Shown one piece after another: positions 8,405-19,170 of a stretch of DNA of 64,000 nt; the stretch's first letter is position 1, and every line of letters starts with the position of its first letter. Under the pieces are notes generated by a model. That model ran no database searches, was not told the DNA's origin, and worked only from the letters and a program-made list of their open reading frames with translations. Source of the DNA: an uncultured Nitrospinaceae bacterium (lineage in GTDB: Bacteria; UBA8248); assembly GCA_964005815.1 (NCBI GenBank), contig CAXFSR010000023.1, positions 1-64,000 of the forward strand. The letters are read 5' to 3'. Both the position numbers and the translations under genes were made by a program.

Positions 8405-8800
8405 TAAATGGACAATAATAAGACCTTTTTCTAAAGTTACTTTATATGTTTCAATTGATGGATCTGATTCTGCTTCAACCGTTACAGGATAGGTTTTGAC
8501 TTTAAGTTTGTGTGGGTTAAAAATGGATTTTCCTGTTTTTAAATCAAACTCCCATCTATGCCAGGGACAAACTAAAATCTCACCGTCTCTTTCATAATTA
8601 TAATGTTGCGGTTTTTTTGATGTCATCATTCCTCTTACGGGTCCAAGACACAATGGTGCACCTTGATGGGGGCAACTGTTTCTTAAAGCAAAAAATTCTC
8701 CATCTATATTAAAAACCCCTATCGATCTTCCTTCCAATCTCACAATTTTCCTTGTACCTGGAGGAAATTCATCTAACTTTGAAATGATATGATCTCCCAA
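8402..8800 (-). CDS. Rieske [2Fe-2S] ferredoxin
   Basis: CPHQGAPL...CPWHRWEFDLKTG. Confidence 0.92.
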   Translation of the reverse strand: MGDHIISKLDEFPPGTRKIVRLEGRSIGVFNIDGEFFALRNSCPHQGAPLCLGPVRGMMTSKKPQHYNYERDGEILVCPWHRWEFDLKTGKSIFNPHKLKVKTYPVTVEAESDPSIETYKVTLEKGLIIVHL

Positions 8801-8821
8801 AAGGTTTTCCTTTTCTCTAAT

Positions 8822-9904
8822 TTAATTACTTTTAACTTTTATATTTTTTAATAGTGGTATTACTTCTTTACCAAAGTTTTCTGCCTCTTCAAGATGTGGC
8901 CAGCCATTCATAATAAATCTAGTAACACCTGCATCTATATATTCTTTTATCTGTGATGCAACCATTTCTGGTGTCCCCACAATCATTGTCCCAGCGCCTT
9001 GTCTTACTGAGTTTACTCCCATATATATTGAATCAGTTAACCATGGACCTTTCTTTCTCGCTAACTCACTAACTCTTCTCTGAGTTACAGACTCTGCCGC
9101 ACGAACACTAGCTCCCCAATTTTGATCCTTTTTTACTATGCTATTTTTGACTATTTCTTCAGCAGCTTTTTGAGCTTCTTTCTTCGTTTCTCTTACACAA
9201 ACGAGATGCCGAATACAAAAACTTAATTTTCTTTTCCGCTCTACTCTACTTGCCAACTTGGAAACTTGCTTAATATCTTTTTCTATAACATCTGGCTCTA
9301 CGGCATGCACGACGTGTACATCTCCATATTTCGCTGCCACTTTTTTCGCACCTTCTGATGCTCCTGCCATAAAAAATTCGGGCAATTTTTTTACTTTCAG
9401 TATAGGAAAAATTCTTGCATCCTGAATCATAAAGTAATTGCCTTTAAAATCGACAGGCGAGCCACCTTTCAACAACCTTATAACTAACTTCATAAACTCG
9501 TCATTGACTTTATATCTCAGATCATGTTCCAAATCATACCCATATCTTTTCAAATCAGGAGAATTTGAACCCGCCACTATATTTAATGAAATTCTTCCTT
9601 TATTTAAAAAATAAAAACTACTGATTTGTTGTGCCGCGTATGTAGGACCAACAAGACCTGGTCTAAAGGCTATCAAGAATTTTATTTTTGTTGTTTTCGC
9701 TGCAATTGCCGATGACAATGTCCAAGGATCTATACAATGCGTACCCGTTGGCACTAAGATATTACTAAAACCAGATTCTTCCGCAGCAACTGTTACCCTA
9801 ACCAAATATTCTAAATTAGGATATCTTTCGGGAGTCGATTGTATAACTGTATATCCATCTCCTGCCCTTGTTGAACATAAAGCCCAGTTAAACTCAATGG
9901 CCAT
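8822..9904 (-). CDS. Luciferase-like flavin monooxygenase (SsuD/alkanesulfonate monooxygenase-like)
   Basis: AAEESGFSNILVPTG..CIDPW, KFLIAFRPG, GRISLNIVAG, IVGTPEMVA, GWPHLEEA. Confidence 0.88.
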   Translation of the reverse strand: MAIEFNWALCSTRAGDGYTVIQSTPERYPNLEYLVRVTVAAEESGFSNILVPTGTHCIDPWTLSSAIAAKTTKIKFLIAFRPGLVGPTYAAQQISSFYFLNKGRISLNIVAGSNSPDLKRYGYDLEHDLRYKVNDEFMKLVIRLLKGGSPVDFKGNYFMIQDARIFPILKVKKLPEFFMAGASEGAKKVAAKYGDVHVVHAVEPDVIEKDIKQVSKLASRVERKRKLSFCIRHLVCVRETKKEAQKAAEEIVKNSIVKKDQNWGASVRAAESVTQRRVSELARKKGPWLTDSIYMGVNSVRQGAGTMIVGTPEMVASQIKEYIDAGVTRFIMNGWPHLEEAENFGKEVIPLLKNIKVKSN

Positions 9905-9939
9905 ATCTCACCTCTAAATTTAACTTTAAAAAATTATGT

Positions 9940-10290
9940 TTAATCCATTGTCGCTGTAGAAGGTGGCCAATCATCTGATATATTCTTAAAAGAAAGATAT
10001 ACCATCTCTTCAGAACCAGTATTCTTAAATTCATGTTCTGTACCAACTGGAACGTGGATTATGTCTCCAGCTGACACCTCTTTTTCCTCATCTCCTACTC
10101 TAAACCAAGCTGTACCAGAAACTATATTAATTAATTGTTCACATCCATGAGAATGAGGTCGGGCTAACCTCCCCGGCTGACTGACAGAACGATTCAACGT
10201 AATATTATCTCCTATGATGATACTTCCTTCTGAATCTGAAGGTTTGGCTAGATTTTTTTTGTTCATTTCTTCCCAACGATAAAACGGCAT
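9940..10290 (-). CDS. Cupin-domain protein
   Basis: PHSHGCEQ...GDIIHVPVGTEH cupin motifs. Confidence 0.88.
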   Translation of the reverse strand: MPFYRWEEMNKKNLAKPSDSEGSIIIGDNITLNRSVSQPGRLARPHSHGCEQLINIVSGTAWFRVGDEEKEVSAGDIIHVPVGTEHEFKNTGSEEMVYLSFKNISDDWPPSTATMD

Positions 10291-10348
10291 ACCGAACTCC
10301 TTTTGTTTATATAAAAAATTTTTTGTTCATTTTTTGTGAAATTATTTG

Positions 10349-10377
10349 TTGACGTAACTCTAACACAATCATAATAT
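10349..10377 (+). promoter_or_regulatory. Possible sigma-70 promoter for the TAXI-TRAP genes
   Basis: TTGACG-N17-TAATAT. Confidence 0.4.
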
Positions 10378-10496
10378 GTGGAAACCGTGGCTACATTATA
10401 ATTTTTATTTTAAATTTTTTTCTGCTCTTTTTGGAAAAAAAATTTTTTTGCAGATTAATAGCATCACTTTTTTAATTTATTAATGGAGGGGAAATA

Positions 10497-11489
10497 GTGT
10501 TTTCAAAAAAAGGTATTTTCATCGCGGTTTTAAGTTTTATGGTTTTTTCCGCGCCTGCTTTCTTAGCTAATGAAGCTTTAAGTGCTGGAAAACAATACGA
10601 TCTCGCTGTTGGTAGTCTTAGGGGTACAATGGGTAGACTAGGTGCTGGTTTGGCAAACGTTATTAATAAAAACACAAAAGATTTTGGTCTTAGTGTTACT
10701 CCTGGTGGCGGAAGAGCTAACCCTGCAAGGATTGGTGGCGGTGGAGCCGACTTTGGTTACTCATTTTCTAACTTTAGTGCAAATGCGCTAACAGGAAAAG
10801 CTCCTTATAAGAAATCTTATCCAAATCTTAGAGGAATCGCTAAGTTTTGGGATTCTTGTTACCACCAATATGCAGCAAAAGAACTGTTTGATGCAGGAAT
10901 CACAAGCTGGAGAAAAATTATAGAATCTAAGAAACCTCTTAAACTTGCACCTGCAAAAAAAGGAACTAGTACAGAATATGTTGCTAGTCAGATTGTTAAG
11001 CATTATGGAACTAGCTACAAAGAACTTACAAAACGTGGATATAAATTAACATTCCCTGGTGCTGGTGGAATGTCCCGTGCTATTCGTGCACGTCAAATTG
11101 ATTTTTATTTTCATAACTCCGGTGATCCTAACGGTGCAGGAATTCAAGCGGCACAAGGAAGAAACCTTGTCTTTTTAAATATGGACAATGACGTAAAAAA
11201 ACTTCTTGCTGACTTAAACTTCAAACCTTGTGCAATTCCAGGAGGAATTTATAAAGGAAACCCAAAACCAACTTATTCCATGGGTCTTTCTGGAGTTCTT
11301 TTAACAACTACAAAAATGGATGCAAAAACAGTTTATTCTCTATTAAAAATTATGAGCGCAAACTTAAAAACATTGGGAAGCGTTCATAAAATTTATAAAA
11401 AATGGAAACCAAGTGTAGGTGCTGCGCACATGGGAGTTCCAATGCATCCAGGTGCAAAAAGGTTTTATAAAGAAGCAGGCGCACTATAA
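10497..11489 (+). CDS. TAXI-family TRAP transporter solute-binding protein
   Basis: Signal peptide, TPGGGRAN, IPGGIYKG, GVPMHPGAKRFYKEAG; GGAGGGG SD. Confidence 0.9.
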   Translation: MFSKKGIFIAVLSFMVFSAPAFLANEALSAGKQYDLAVGSLRGTMGRLGAGLANVINKNTKDFGLSVTPGGGRANPARIGGGGADFGYSFSNFSANALTGKAPYKKSYPNLRGIAKFWDSCYHQYAAKELFDAGITSWRKIIESKKPLKLAPAKKGTSTEYVASQIVKHYGTSYKELTKRGYKLTFPGAGGMSRAIRARQIDFYFHNSGDPNGAGIQAAQGRNLVFLNMDNDVKKLLADLNFKPCAIPGGIYKGNPKPTYSMGLSGVLLTTTKMDAKTVYSLLKIMSANLKTLGSVHKIYKKWKPSVGAAHMGVPMHPGAKRFYKEAGAL

Positions 11490-11534
11490 ACTAAGCTAGA
11501 AAGAAGTTCTTTCGCAAAATAGAAATAGGAAACA

Positions 11535-13556
11535 ATGGAAGACATTTGGGAAAATTTAAGAAAAAGAAGTCCTCTTGAACACGTAATTTTTTTTGTTGCG
11601 GTATTGATGTCAATTTTTCATGTTCAAGTTGCCTATAGTGGTGGATATGAGCCAATTTTTCAGAGGGCCCTATCGTATCTATTTGGAATGACTTTAATTT
11701 TCCTAGTCTTTCCTATCCGAAAATCTAAGGAGGGAGAGTCTGATTCGGCTTTTGGTCGAACAACCTCTCCCTTCTTTTATATTTCAATTGCGTTATTAGT
11801 TTTAGTTATACTTTCTATCGGGTATCCGATACTATTCACAGAATATTTCCTTGGTACTGATGAGCTTGAAAGAATTTATTACGTAACACCACTAACTTTC
11901 TTAGATATGTTTCTTGGCACAACCGTTCTTTTATTAACCCTAGAGGCTGCACGAAGAACTATCAATAATGCACTTCCTTTAATAGGCTTGTTCTTCTTAG
12001 TTTATTCATACTTTGGTCCTTATTTCCCTTGGTGGTTTGGCCACAAAGGGGCATCTTTCATGCACATTATAGACCATCAATACATGACTTATGACGGACT
12101 TTGGACAGCTCCCTTAAGTGTTTTTTCTGTTTATATTTTCCTATTTATTCTATTTGGAGCCTTTTTAGATCGGATGGGTGCTGCGACTTTTTATGTTGAA
12201 TTATCGACTGCTGCAGCGGGTCGTTTAAGGGGAGGTCCCGCAAAATCAGCTATTTTTGCAAGTGCGATGACAGGGACTATTATGGGTAGTGCTAACGCAA
12301 ATATAGTAACGACTGGATCTTTCACTATTCCAATGATGAAAAAAACTGGTTTTAAGCCAGAAATTGCGGCAGCAATAGAGACGGCCGCCTCCACTGGAGG
12401 TCAGATTATGCCCCCAGTTATGGGCGCCTCTGCCTTTCTAATTGTCGAATTCACTGGAATTTCCTACTGGGAAATTGTAAAAGTTTCTATTTTACCTGCA
12501 ATTCTATATTTTTATTCTGTGTATGCCGTAGTTCATTTAGAAGCTCGTAAAGCAGGTCTAGTTCCTCTTAGTAAGGATCAAGTTGAACCGGTATGGCCGA
12601 TATTAAAAAAAGGTTGGTACTTTCTACTCCCTCCGATTGTTATTATCGCTGTTTTAATGACGGGAAGACCTGTTCCTTACGCTGGCTTAGCAGGTATTCT
12701 ATGCGTCATTTTATTAGCGGGCTTGAAAGGTGCTGCGCAACTTATTAGAACCAAAGCATCGATAGAACAAATTTTCAGAACGATTATTTATGGACTGTGG
12801 AATATTGTAGAAGCGATGGCCCAAGGAGCAAGACAATCTCTTGCAATCTGTGCAGCAGTGGGAGTAGTAGGAATAATCATTGGTGCCTTATTCCAAACTG
12901 GATTAGGACTAAAATTCTCAGAAATCGTTACTGCTCTTTCATATGGATATCTTTTTCTAGGAATTATTTTAGTTGGAATAGCCTCTTTTGTGCTAGGAAT
13001 GGGACTACCCACAAGTGCCGCATATATTGTGCTCTCAGTCGTTGCAGTTCCAGCTCTGCTTGATCTTGGAGAAAGCTATGGAATGACTCTATTAGCTGCA
13101 CATTTGATAGTTTTTTGGTACAGCCTCGATAGTTGCTTCACCCCACCAGTCTGTGTTCCAGCTTATACTGCTGCTGGAATTGCTGATGCTAACCCAAGCA
13201 AAGCGGCTTGGGCTTCTTTTAGAACAGCGAAGGGAATGTATGTAATTCCATTTATGTTTGCCTATACTCCAATTCTTTTAATTTCTGAACCAATTCCTCT
13301 ACTTGAAACTTTTACTGCTGCAATGTTTGGTTTTACAAGTCTTGCAGCTGCAATAGTTGGGCATATGTATCTTAAATTAAAAGTTGCAGAAAGATTTTTC
13401 TTAGCTTTCGCAGCTGCACTAATGTTCTGGCCTGCAATGACAATCTTCGGCATCTATCTTCCTTCTATAGGCCTACATCTTGCAGGTCTACTTCTTCTTG
13501 GCTCTTTCTTCTTATACCAAAGAAATGCTTTTTTGAGATTAAACAGGCCTGTTTAA
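11535..13556 (+). CDS. TRAP transporter 4TM/12TM fused permease
   Basis: GGPAKSAIFAS, TTGSFTIPMMKKTGF, ASTGGQIMPPVMGASAF, GMGLPTSAAY, TPPVC. Confidence 0.94.
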   Translation: MEDIWENLRKRSPLEHVIFFVAVLMSIFHVQVAYSGGYEPIFQRALSYLFGMTLIFLVFPIRKSKEGESDSAFGRTTSPFFYISIALLVLVILSIGYPILFTEYFLGTDELERIYYVTPLTFLDMFLGTTVLLLTLEAARRTINNALPLIGLFFLVYSYFGPYFPWWFGHKGASFMHIIDHQYMTYDGLWTAPLSVFSVYIFLFILFGAFLDRMGAATFYVELSTAAAGRLRGGPAKSAIFASAMTGTIMGSANANIVTTGSFTIPMMKKTGFKPEIAAAIETAASTGGQIMPPVMGASAFLIVEFTGISYWEIVKVSILPAILYFYSVYAVVHLEARKAGLVPLSKDQVEPVWPILKKGWYFLLPPIVIIAVLMTGRPVPYAGLAGILCVILLAGLKGAAQLIRTKASIEQIFRTIIYGLWNIVEAMAQGARQSLAICAAVGVVGIIIGALFQTGLGLKFSEIVTALSYGYLFLGIILVGIASFVLGMGLPTSAAYIVLSVVAVPALLDLGESYGMTLLAAHLIVFWYSLDSCFTPPVCVPAYTAAGIADANPSKAAWASFRTAKGMYVIPFMFAYTPILLISEPIPLLETFTAAMFGFTSLAAAIVGHMYLKLKVAERFFLAFAAALMFWPAMTIFGIYLPSIGLHLAGLLLLGSFFLYQRNAFLRLNRPV

Positions 13557-13574
13557 AAATACTAAGAGAAAAAG

Positions 13575-15143
13575 TTAGTTTACAAAATCTTCTGTCTGAA
13601 ATTTTCTATGTGACTGAATACCAAGCTTCTTTATGCGACTATAAAGCGTAGTCGGTTTCATTCCGAGGATTCTGGCTGCTCCTCTTTCTCCCGAAACCAC
13701 GCCTCCTGTTTTTTCTAAGACCTTTCTAATATATCTCCTCTCCATCTCATCAAGCGGGTAAAATATATCGCCATCTCGTGTAATATCATTATGATGTTCA
13801 CCGATCATTTGCCTATCAAAACGGAGTATATCTCCTCTACCCAATACAAGACCTCTTTCTACTACATTTTCTAACTCTCTAATATTTCCTGGCCAATCGT
13901 AAAACATAAGACGTTCAAGAGCCTTTTTTCCAACTCTCTTTACATTTCTATTTAATCTTTTTCCATGTTTATTAATAAAATGTTGAATAAGCATGGGGAT
14001 ATCTTCTTTTCTTTCTCTAAGAGGAGGAACCTCGATAGGAATAACATTAAGTCTAAAGTACAAGTCACTTCTATATTTCCCCTTATTGACTTCTTCTTCA
14101 AGGTTTCTATTTGTAGCGGCGATAATTCTAGTGTCTATCTTTATTGTTTTATTTCCGCCCACTCTTTCGAATTCTCTTTCTTGCATAACTCTAAGGATTT
14201 TTACTTGGGCTTCTGTAGAAATTTCTCCAATTTCATCCAAAAAGATTGTGCCATTATGCGCAAGCTCAAAACGGCCTATTTTTTGACCAATAGCCCCAGT
14301 AAAAGATCCTTTCTCGTGACCAAAAAGTTCACTTAACAAAAGCGTATCCTGAAGTGCAGCACAATTTACCTTGACTAATGCACGATCTTTTCTAGTGCTT
14401 AAATTATGAATTGCACGTGCAATAAGTTCTTTACCTGTTCCAGTTTCACCACTAATCAAAACGGTTACTTCACTTTCTGCTACCTTGCTAATTAAATCTT
14501 TGACTCTTTCTATTTCTTTGCTGCTTCCTATTAGTTCTTCAAAATTATGAATTTCTCTTAATTCTGTTCTTAATGACAGTGTTTCATTTTTCAATTCTTC
14601 GCGATTAGCTTCTAATTGCGCAAAAGTTCTAGCATTAGAAACAGCTATTGAAACGGAAGGGGCAAGTTCAGCTAGGAATTCTGCCATTTCTGACGTAAAA
14701 CGATTAGGAGAAAAGCTTGAAACTGATAAATTTCCAAAAATTTCTTTTCCAAATTGAAGCGGAACTCTAATGCCGCTTCGAATACCTCGTTTTAGAACAA
14801 TTTCATCTTCTCCAAAACGAAGTTTCTTTTTTAAATCTTCATAAACAATATAGCGTATATTTTGATAATGTTTTTTAAACCAGCCAAGAGTGGCTCCTTC
14901 AATAGGAATATCATTGTGTGGATAACTTAGAGTTTTACTTCCCGAAGTAATGTTAGTCCAAGTACAAGTTTTACCATCAAGATTTTCAAGCGTTAATGAA
15001 GCATGATCCAATGGAAATATTTCTCTTAATTCGACAGCTAAACGTCCTAGTACTACGTCTAAATCAAGACTAGAATTTAGGATATGTCCTACCTTCTGAA
15101 CAACACCATAACGATCGTTGGTTGAAAGAGTATGAATCGCCAA
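13575..15143 (-). CDS. GAF-domain sigma-54-dependent transcriptional activator (FhlA-like)
   Basis: N-terminal GAF, GETGTGKELIA, SELFGHEKGSFTGA, WPGNIREL, FhlA-type HTH GVVSGERGAARILGMKPTTLYSRIKKLGI. Confidence 0.93.
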   Translation of the reverse strand: MAIHTLSTNDRYGVVQKVGHILNSSLDLDVVLGRLAVELREIFPLDHASLTLENLDGKTCTWTNITSGSKTLSYPHNDIPIEGATLGWFKKHYQNIRYIVYEDLKKKLRFGEDEIVLKRGIRSGIRVPLQFGKEIFGNLSVSSFSPNRFTSEMAEFLAELAPSVSIAVSNARTFAQLEANREELKNETLSLRTELREIHNFEELIGSSKEIERVKDLISKVAESEVTVLISGETGTGKELIARAIHNLSTRKDRALVKVNCAALQDTLLLSELFGHEKGSFTGAIGQKIGRFELAHNGTIFLDEIGEISTEAQVKILRVMQEREFERVGGNKTIKIDTRIIAATNRNLEEEVNKGKYRSDLYFRLNVIPIEVPPLRERKEDIPMLIQHFINKHGKRLNRNVKRVGKKALERLMFYDWPGNIRELENVVERGLVLGRGDILRFDRQMIGEHHNDITRDGDIFYPLDEMERRYIRKVLEKTGGVVSGERGAARILGMKPTTLYSRIKKLGIQSHRKFQTEDFVN

Positions 15144-15282
15144 GCTTAACTACTCCTTTTAACTTGTATTAAAAAATTGATTAAACAATAATTTATAGTA
15201 ATTCTATTTTTTTGTATCTATAATAATTTTTTACCATTTTAGGTTCAATCAATACAACAATATTAAACTAGAGGACTCGAGA

Positions 15283-16461
15283 TTGCCAGAAAAAGAAAAT
15301 CCAATTTCATTATATTTTCATATTCCATTCTGTACAGCAAAATGTGGATATTGTGATTTTAATTCTTATGAATTACAGAACCTTATAGAAAAAAAACAAG
15401 TACACAATAAAAATTGGGCTTCCGAATATACAGATGCATTGATTATGGAAATCAAAGGAAGAGTTAAAGAATTACAGCTAACTGGAAGAAAAGTTCAGTC
15501 TGTTTTTTTTGGTGGAGGAACACCTTCATTATTTCCACCACAAGAAATTAAAAAAATTTTACTAACATCTAGAAAGTTTTTTGATTTCATTCCTGAATCA
15601 GAAATTTCTCTTGAAGCAAATCCTAACTCTTCTGATTATGATTTATTTAAAAAACTAAAAAAGATAGGAATTAATCGTATAAGTTTTGGAATTCAATCAT
15701 TTAACGACATACTTTTGAAAAATTTAGATAGAATTCATTCTGGAAAAGACGCAAAAAGAGCTTTTTATTTAGCAAGAAAAGCAGGGTTTGAAAATATTTC
15801 TATTGATTTAATGTTCGGAATACCCTTTCAGACGAAAGAAATTGCTAATGATGATTTACAAAACGCTATTGAGTTAAACCCCGAACATATTTCTGCATAT
15901 GAACTCACTATAGAACCTGGCACTTCTTTCCACGCACTTCATATGAAAGGAGAATTGAATGGATTGATAAGTGAAAATCTTAGTTTAGAAATGTGGGAGA
16001 TGAGAGATCAAATTCTTCATGATGCAGGTTATGAACAGTATGAAATAAGTAATTTTGCAAAATTAGGGTTCCGTTGCAAACATAATCTAAATTACTGGAA
16101 TCGAGGTGATTATTTAGGATTTGGTGCAGGAGCACACTCTCTGATAGATAATCAACGTATTTGGAATCATCTTCGCCCAGATATATATATCAAAAACTCT
16201 CAAACTCCAACTGCCGGGGAAGAAAAGATGGAAAATGCAAAAAAAATTTTGGGAGAATCTTTAATGTTAGGACTACGATTAAAAGAAGGTGTTTCTTTAC
16301 TGGAATTGAAAAAAAAGACTGGTTTTGATAGTGAAATTTTATTCAAAAATCACTTCAATGATTTTTATAAAAAAAATTTGCTAATTAAAGATCGAGGGAA
16401 ACTGAAACTCACAAAAAAAGGAATGCTTTTATCTAATCAAATTTTCTCCTCTCTACTATAA
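15283..16461 (+). CDS. hemW: Radical SAM heme chaperone HemW
   Basis: YFHIPFCTAKCGYCDF, FFGGGTPS, YEISNF, HNLNYW (HNxxYW). Confidence 0.9.
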   Translation: MPEKENPISLYFHIPFCTAKCGYCDFNSYELQNLIEKKQVHNKNWASEYTDALIMEIKGRVKELQLTGRKVQSVFFGGGTPSLFPPQEIKKILLTSRKFFDFIPESEISLEANPNSSDYDLFKKLKKIGINRISFGIQSFNDILLKNLDRIHSGKDAKRAFYLARKAGFENISIDLMFGIPFQTKEIANDDLQNAIELNPEHISAYELTIEPGTSFHALHMKGELNGLISENLSLEMWEMRDQILHDAGYEQYEISNFAKLGFRCKHNLNYWNRGDYLGFGAGAHSLIDNQRIWNHLRPDIYIKNSQTPTAGEEKMENAKKILGESLMLGLRLKEGVSLLELKKKTGFDSEILFKNHFNDFYKKNLLIKDRGKLKLTKKGMLLSNQIFSSLL

Positions 16462-16465
16462 TTCA

Positions 16466-18190
16466 TCAATTTTTTCTAAAAGATTTAACTAATTTTTCTC
16501 CTATTTCAGGAGATGCAAGTATAGTTTTATGTTGCCTGAAAACCACTTTCCCAAAATTATTACCTTTTGGTCTTCTTAGATTTTTGAAAGGCAGATAACT
16601 TACTCTAATTTTAATATTTTCTTTCGACTTGGAATAGTAAGCGGCAATAGACGCTGCCTGAATTATCATTTTCGATTTGTAATCTTTTTTTTTATGTTTT
16701 TGTTCTGCCCTTAATAAAACATGACTCCCCGGCATACCTCTGGCATGGAACCATAAATCATCTTTATTCCCTAAATTTCTAAGTATCATTTCATTTCCAA
16801 GAGCATTCTTTCCTGCAAAAATTTCATAACCTTCTGAAAATTTAAAATAAAAAAACGGTTTTGTTTTTTCAATCTTTCTTCGAAATTTCGTTTTCTCTTC
16901 AGAATAGTTTAGCTTAAGAAATTCAGAACTATTTTCTAAATCAGAAAAATCGCCAATAGATTCAGTTTCTTCTATATCCAAAAGTATAGTTTTTAAATAT
17001 ATAATTTCTTCTTTAACCATCTCGAAACGTTTCTTTCCAATACTCCTCATACGTTTATATTTCTTATATTTTTTATAAAAGCGTTCAGCGTTCTCTGATA
17101 AAGAAAATCTTGGATTTATAACAATTTCAATTTTATCGTTTCCGTCTATTACTTGAAAAGAATTACTTTTGAGAGAGACATTCCCTAGATTTGAAATAAT
17201 CAAATCTCCCTTTTTCTTGAATTTTTTATATGCTTTAGATTTCTCGAGATCTAAGTTTATCTGTTTTTTTGTCTTCTCTTTTCTTTTAATTTGAGAGAGC
17301 ACAGAACTAGTCAATTTCTTCTTTTTGTAAGCTAAATTAAGATCGTATAGTTGACTTGAAAAATAGGTTTCAGCTGCATCATTCATTCTTTCAAACAACT
17401 GGTATTTATAAGGCGATTTTAATAACTTTCCATAAGCAAGTAAATTTTTTGGAATATCGTTTTCTGAAAAAATAATTGCAGGACTAAAAGAAGAAGAAAG
17501 ATACGAATTTCTGATTTCTTCGAGTAAATACAATAAATCTTTATTATTAGTCGAAATAATTTCTGCAAAGACTGGACTTATACCTAAAATATTTTTAACT
17601 AATAAATCTTTAAATTGTTTTATGTCTAAATTGTCTTTTTTCTTTTCAAGTAAAATTCTTTTTAAAAAAATGTCATCTATCTCATCTAGAGATTTTTTCT
17701 TGCTTAAGGGTGGGAGTATATATTTAAAAGGCTTATTGTTAGATAGGTTTGAACTACTCCTTTGTCTCTTCATCGAATCTATTATCTCGCCAGTTTGTCC
17801 ATCTAAAAGCAAGATATTATTTGAATGACCTAGCAGCTCAATTATCAATGCATACGATTTTTGGTCTTTAGATTTTGTAGTAAATGATATTTGAACAATT
17901 CGCTCCCAATTCCCAGAATGTATCTTGGTGATAAGCGAACCTTCTAAGTATTTTTTTAAATTTTGTATAAAATTCGTTTTTTTCTTTACAGATATCATTT
18001 TCTTGCTCGTTAAATGCAAACGAGACAATTTATTATCTGCTGAAATTAATAAATTATAATTATGACCTTTTTGGGAATAAAATTGCAGAATAAAACAAAA
18101 TCGTCCAACCTCCCTAACTTGTGATAATTTACTCTGCTTTATCAATGGATATATTTCATCACAGATAGACTTAACAACAAATGCATCCAT
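16466..18190 (-). CDS. rqcH: NFACT-family ribosome quality-control protein (RqcH/FbpA)
   Basis: NFACT-N (ERIVQI, IELLG..NNILL), coiled coil with NAERFYKKYKK, NFACT-R (GKNALGNE, DLWFHARGMPGSHV, AASIAAYYSK). Confidence 0.88.
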   Translation of the reverse strand: MDAFVVKSICDEIYPLIKQSKLSQVREVGRFCFILQFYSQKGHNYNLLISADNKLSRLHLTSKKMISVKKKTNFIQNLKKYLEGSLITKIHSGNWERIVQISFTTKSKDQKSYALIIELLGHSNNILLLDGQTGEIIDSMKRQRSSSNLSNNKPFKYILPPLSKKKSLDEIDDIFLKRILLEKKKDNLDIKQFKDLLVKNILGISPVFAEIISTNNKDLLYLLEEIRNSYLSSSFSPAIIFSENDIPKNLLAYGKLLKSPYKYQLFERMNDAAETYFSSQLYDLNLAYKKKKLTSSVLSQIKRKEKTKKQINLDLEKSKAYKKFKKKGDLIISNLGNVSLKSNSFQVIDGNDKIEIVINPRFSLSENAERFYKKYKKYKRMRSIGKKRFEMVKEEIIYLKTILLDIEETESIGDFSDLENSSEFLKLNYSEEKTKFRRKIEKTKPFFYFKFSEGYEIFAGKNALGNEMILRNLGNKDDLWFHARGMPGSHVLLRAEQKHKKKDYKSKMIIQAASIAAYYSKSKENIKIRVSYLPFKNLRRPKGNNFGKVVFRQHKTILASPEIGEKLVKSFRKN

Positions 18191-18291
18191 AATTTCTGCT
18201 CTTATAAATTATTAAAAAAATAAAAAACAGTACTTAAAAATTGTTCCTTAGTGTAAACTTTTTGTGATGATAACTATAACAAAGGAAATCT

Positions 18292-19170
18292 ATGTCGTCT
18301 AAAAGCATGACAGGTTATGGGAATTCAGAATTTTTTTTAAAAAATGGTGATTCCATATGTATTGAAATACGATCTGTAAATCATCGATTTCTTGAAATTT
18401 CAGTTAAAGGACCAAGATGGATAATATCTTTAGAAAACGAAATAAGAGAAAAAATAAAAAAGAATTTTGCTAGAGGAAGATTTGACGTATATATAACCCA
18501 TCTAAAAGGTTCTGATCAAAAAACCATTTTAAATTCTAAATCAACAGAAATTCTTCTTAAATCACTTCAAAAATTACAAAAAGAGCTCGATATAGATGGA
18601 AAAATAGATTTAAGCTTAATTTCTCAATTTCAAGACTTCCTAAAACCTTCTGAAGTAGAAATACTTCCAGAAAAAATAAGAGTTGATTTAATGAAGACAC
18701 TTTCAAACTCTCTGTCAAATTTAAAAACTATGAGAATAAAAGAAGGCAACGAACTTCATAAAGATGTTGATAAAAATCTAAAAAAAATAACCATTAATAT
18801 CAAAAAAATAGAAAATTTCTTTCCAAAAGCTAGGCAAAAAATGCAAAAAAGATCGGAATTAAGAATACTAAAACTATTTAATAAAATTGAAATTGACCCA
18901 AAGAGGCTCGAACAGGAATTAATCATAGCCGGAGAAAAAGGAGATATTAGTGAAGAGTTAAGTCGCTTCCATAGTCATATAAGTCAATTTCAAAAAACCC
19001 TGTCTTCAAACGGTCCAGCAGGAAGAAAATTAGACTTTCTCGTTCAAGAGATGAATAGAGAAATTAATACTACAGCCGCAAAATCTATAGATTCAAATCT
19101 TTCGAAACATGCAGTTGAAATAAAGATTCTTCTAGAAAAAATCAGAGAACAGGCACAAAATATAGAATGA
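18292..19170 (+). CDS. yicC: YicC/YloC family endoribonuclease
   Basis: SMTGYG, EIRSVNHRFLE, DISEELSR, GRKLDFLVQEMNREINT, REQAQNIE. Confidence 0.95.
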   Translation: MSSKSMTGYGNSEFFLKNGDSICIEIRSVNHRFLEISVKGPRWIISLENEIREKIKKNFARGRFDVYITHLKGSDQKTILNSKSTEILLKSLQKLQKELDIDGKIDLSLISQFQDFLKPSEVEILPEKIRVDLMKTLSNSLSNLKTMRIKEGNELHKDVDKNLKKITINIKKIENFFPKARQKMQKRSELRILKLFNKIEIDPKRLEQELIIAGEKGDISEELSRFHSHISQFQKTLSSNGPAGRKLDFLVQEMNREINTTAAKSIDSNLSKHAVEIKILLEKIREQAQNIE

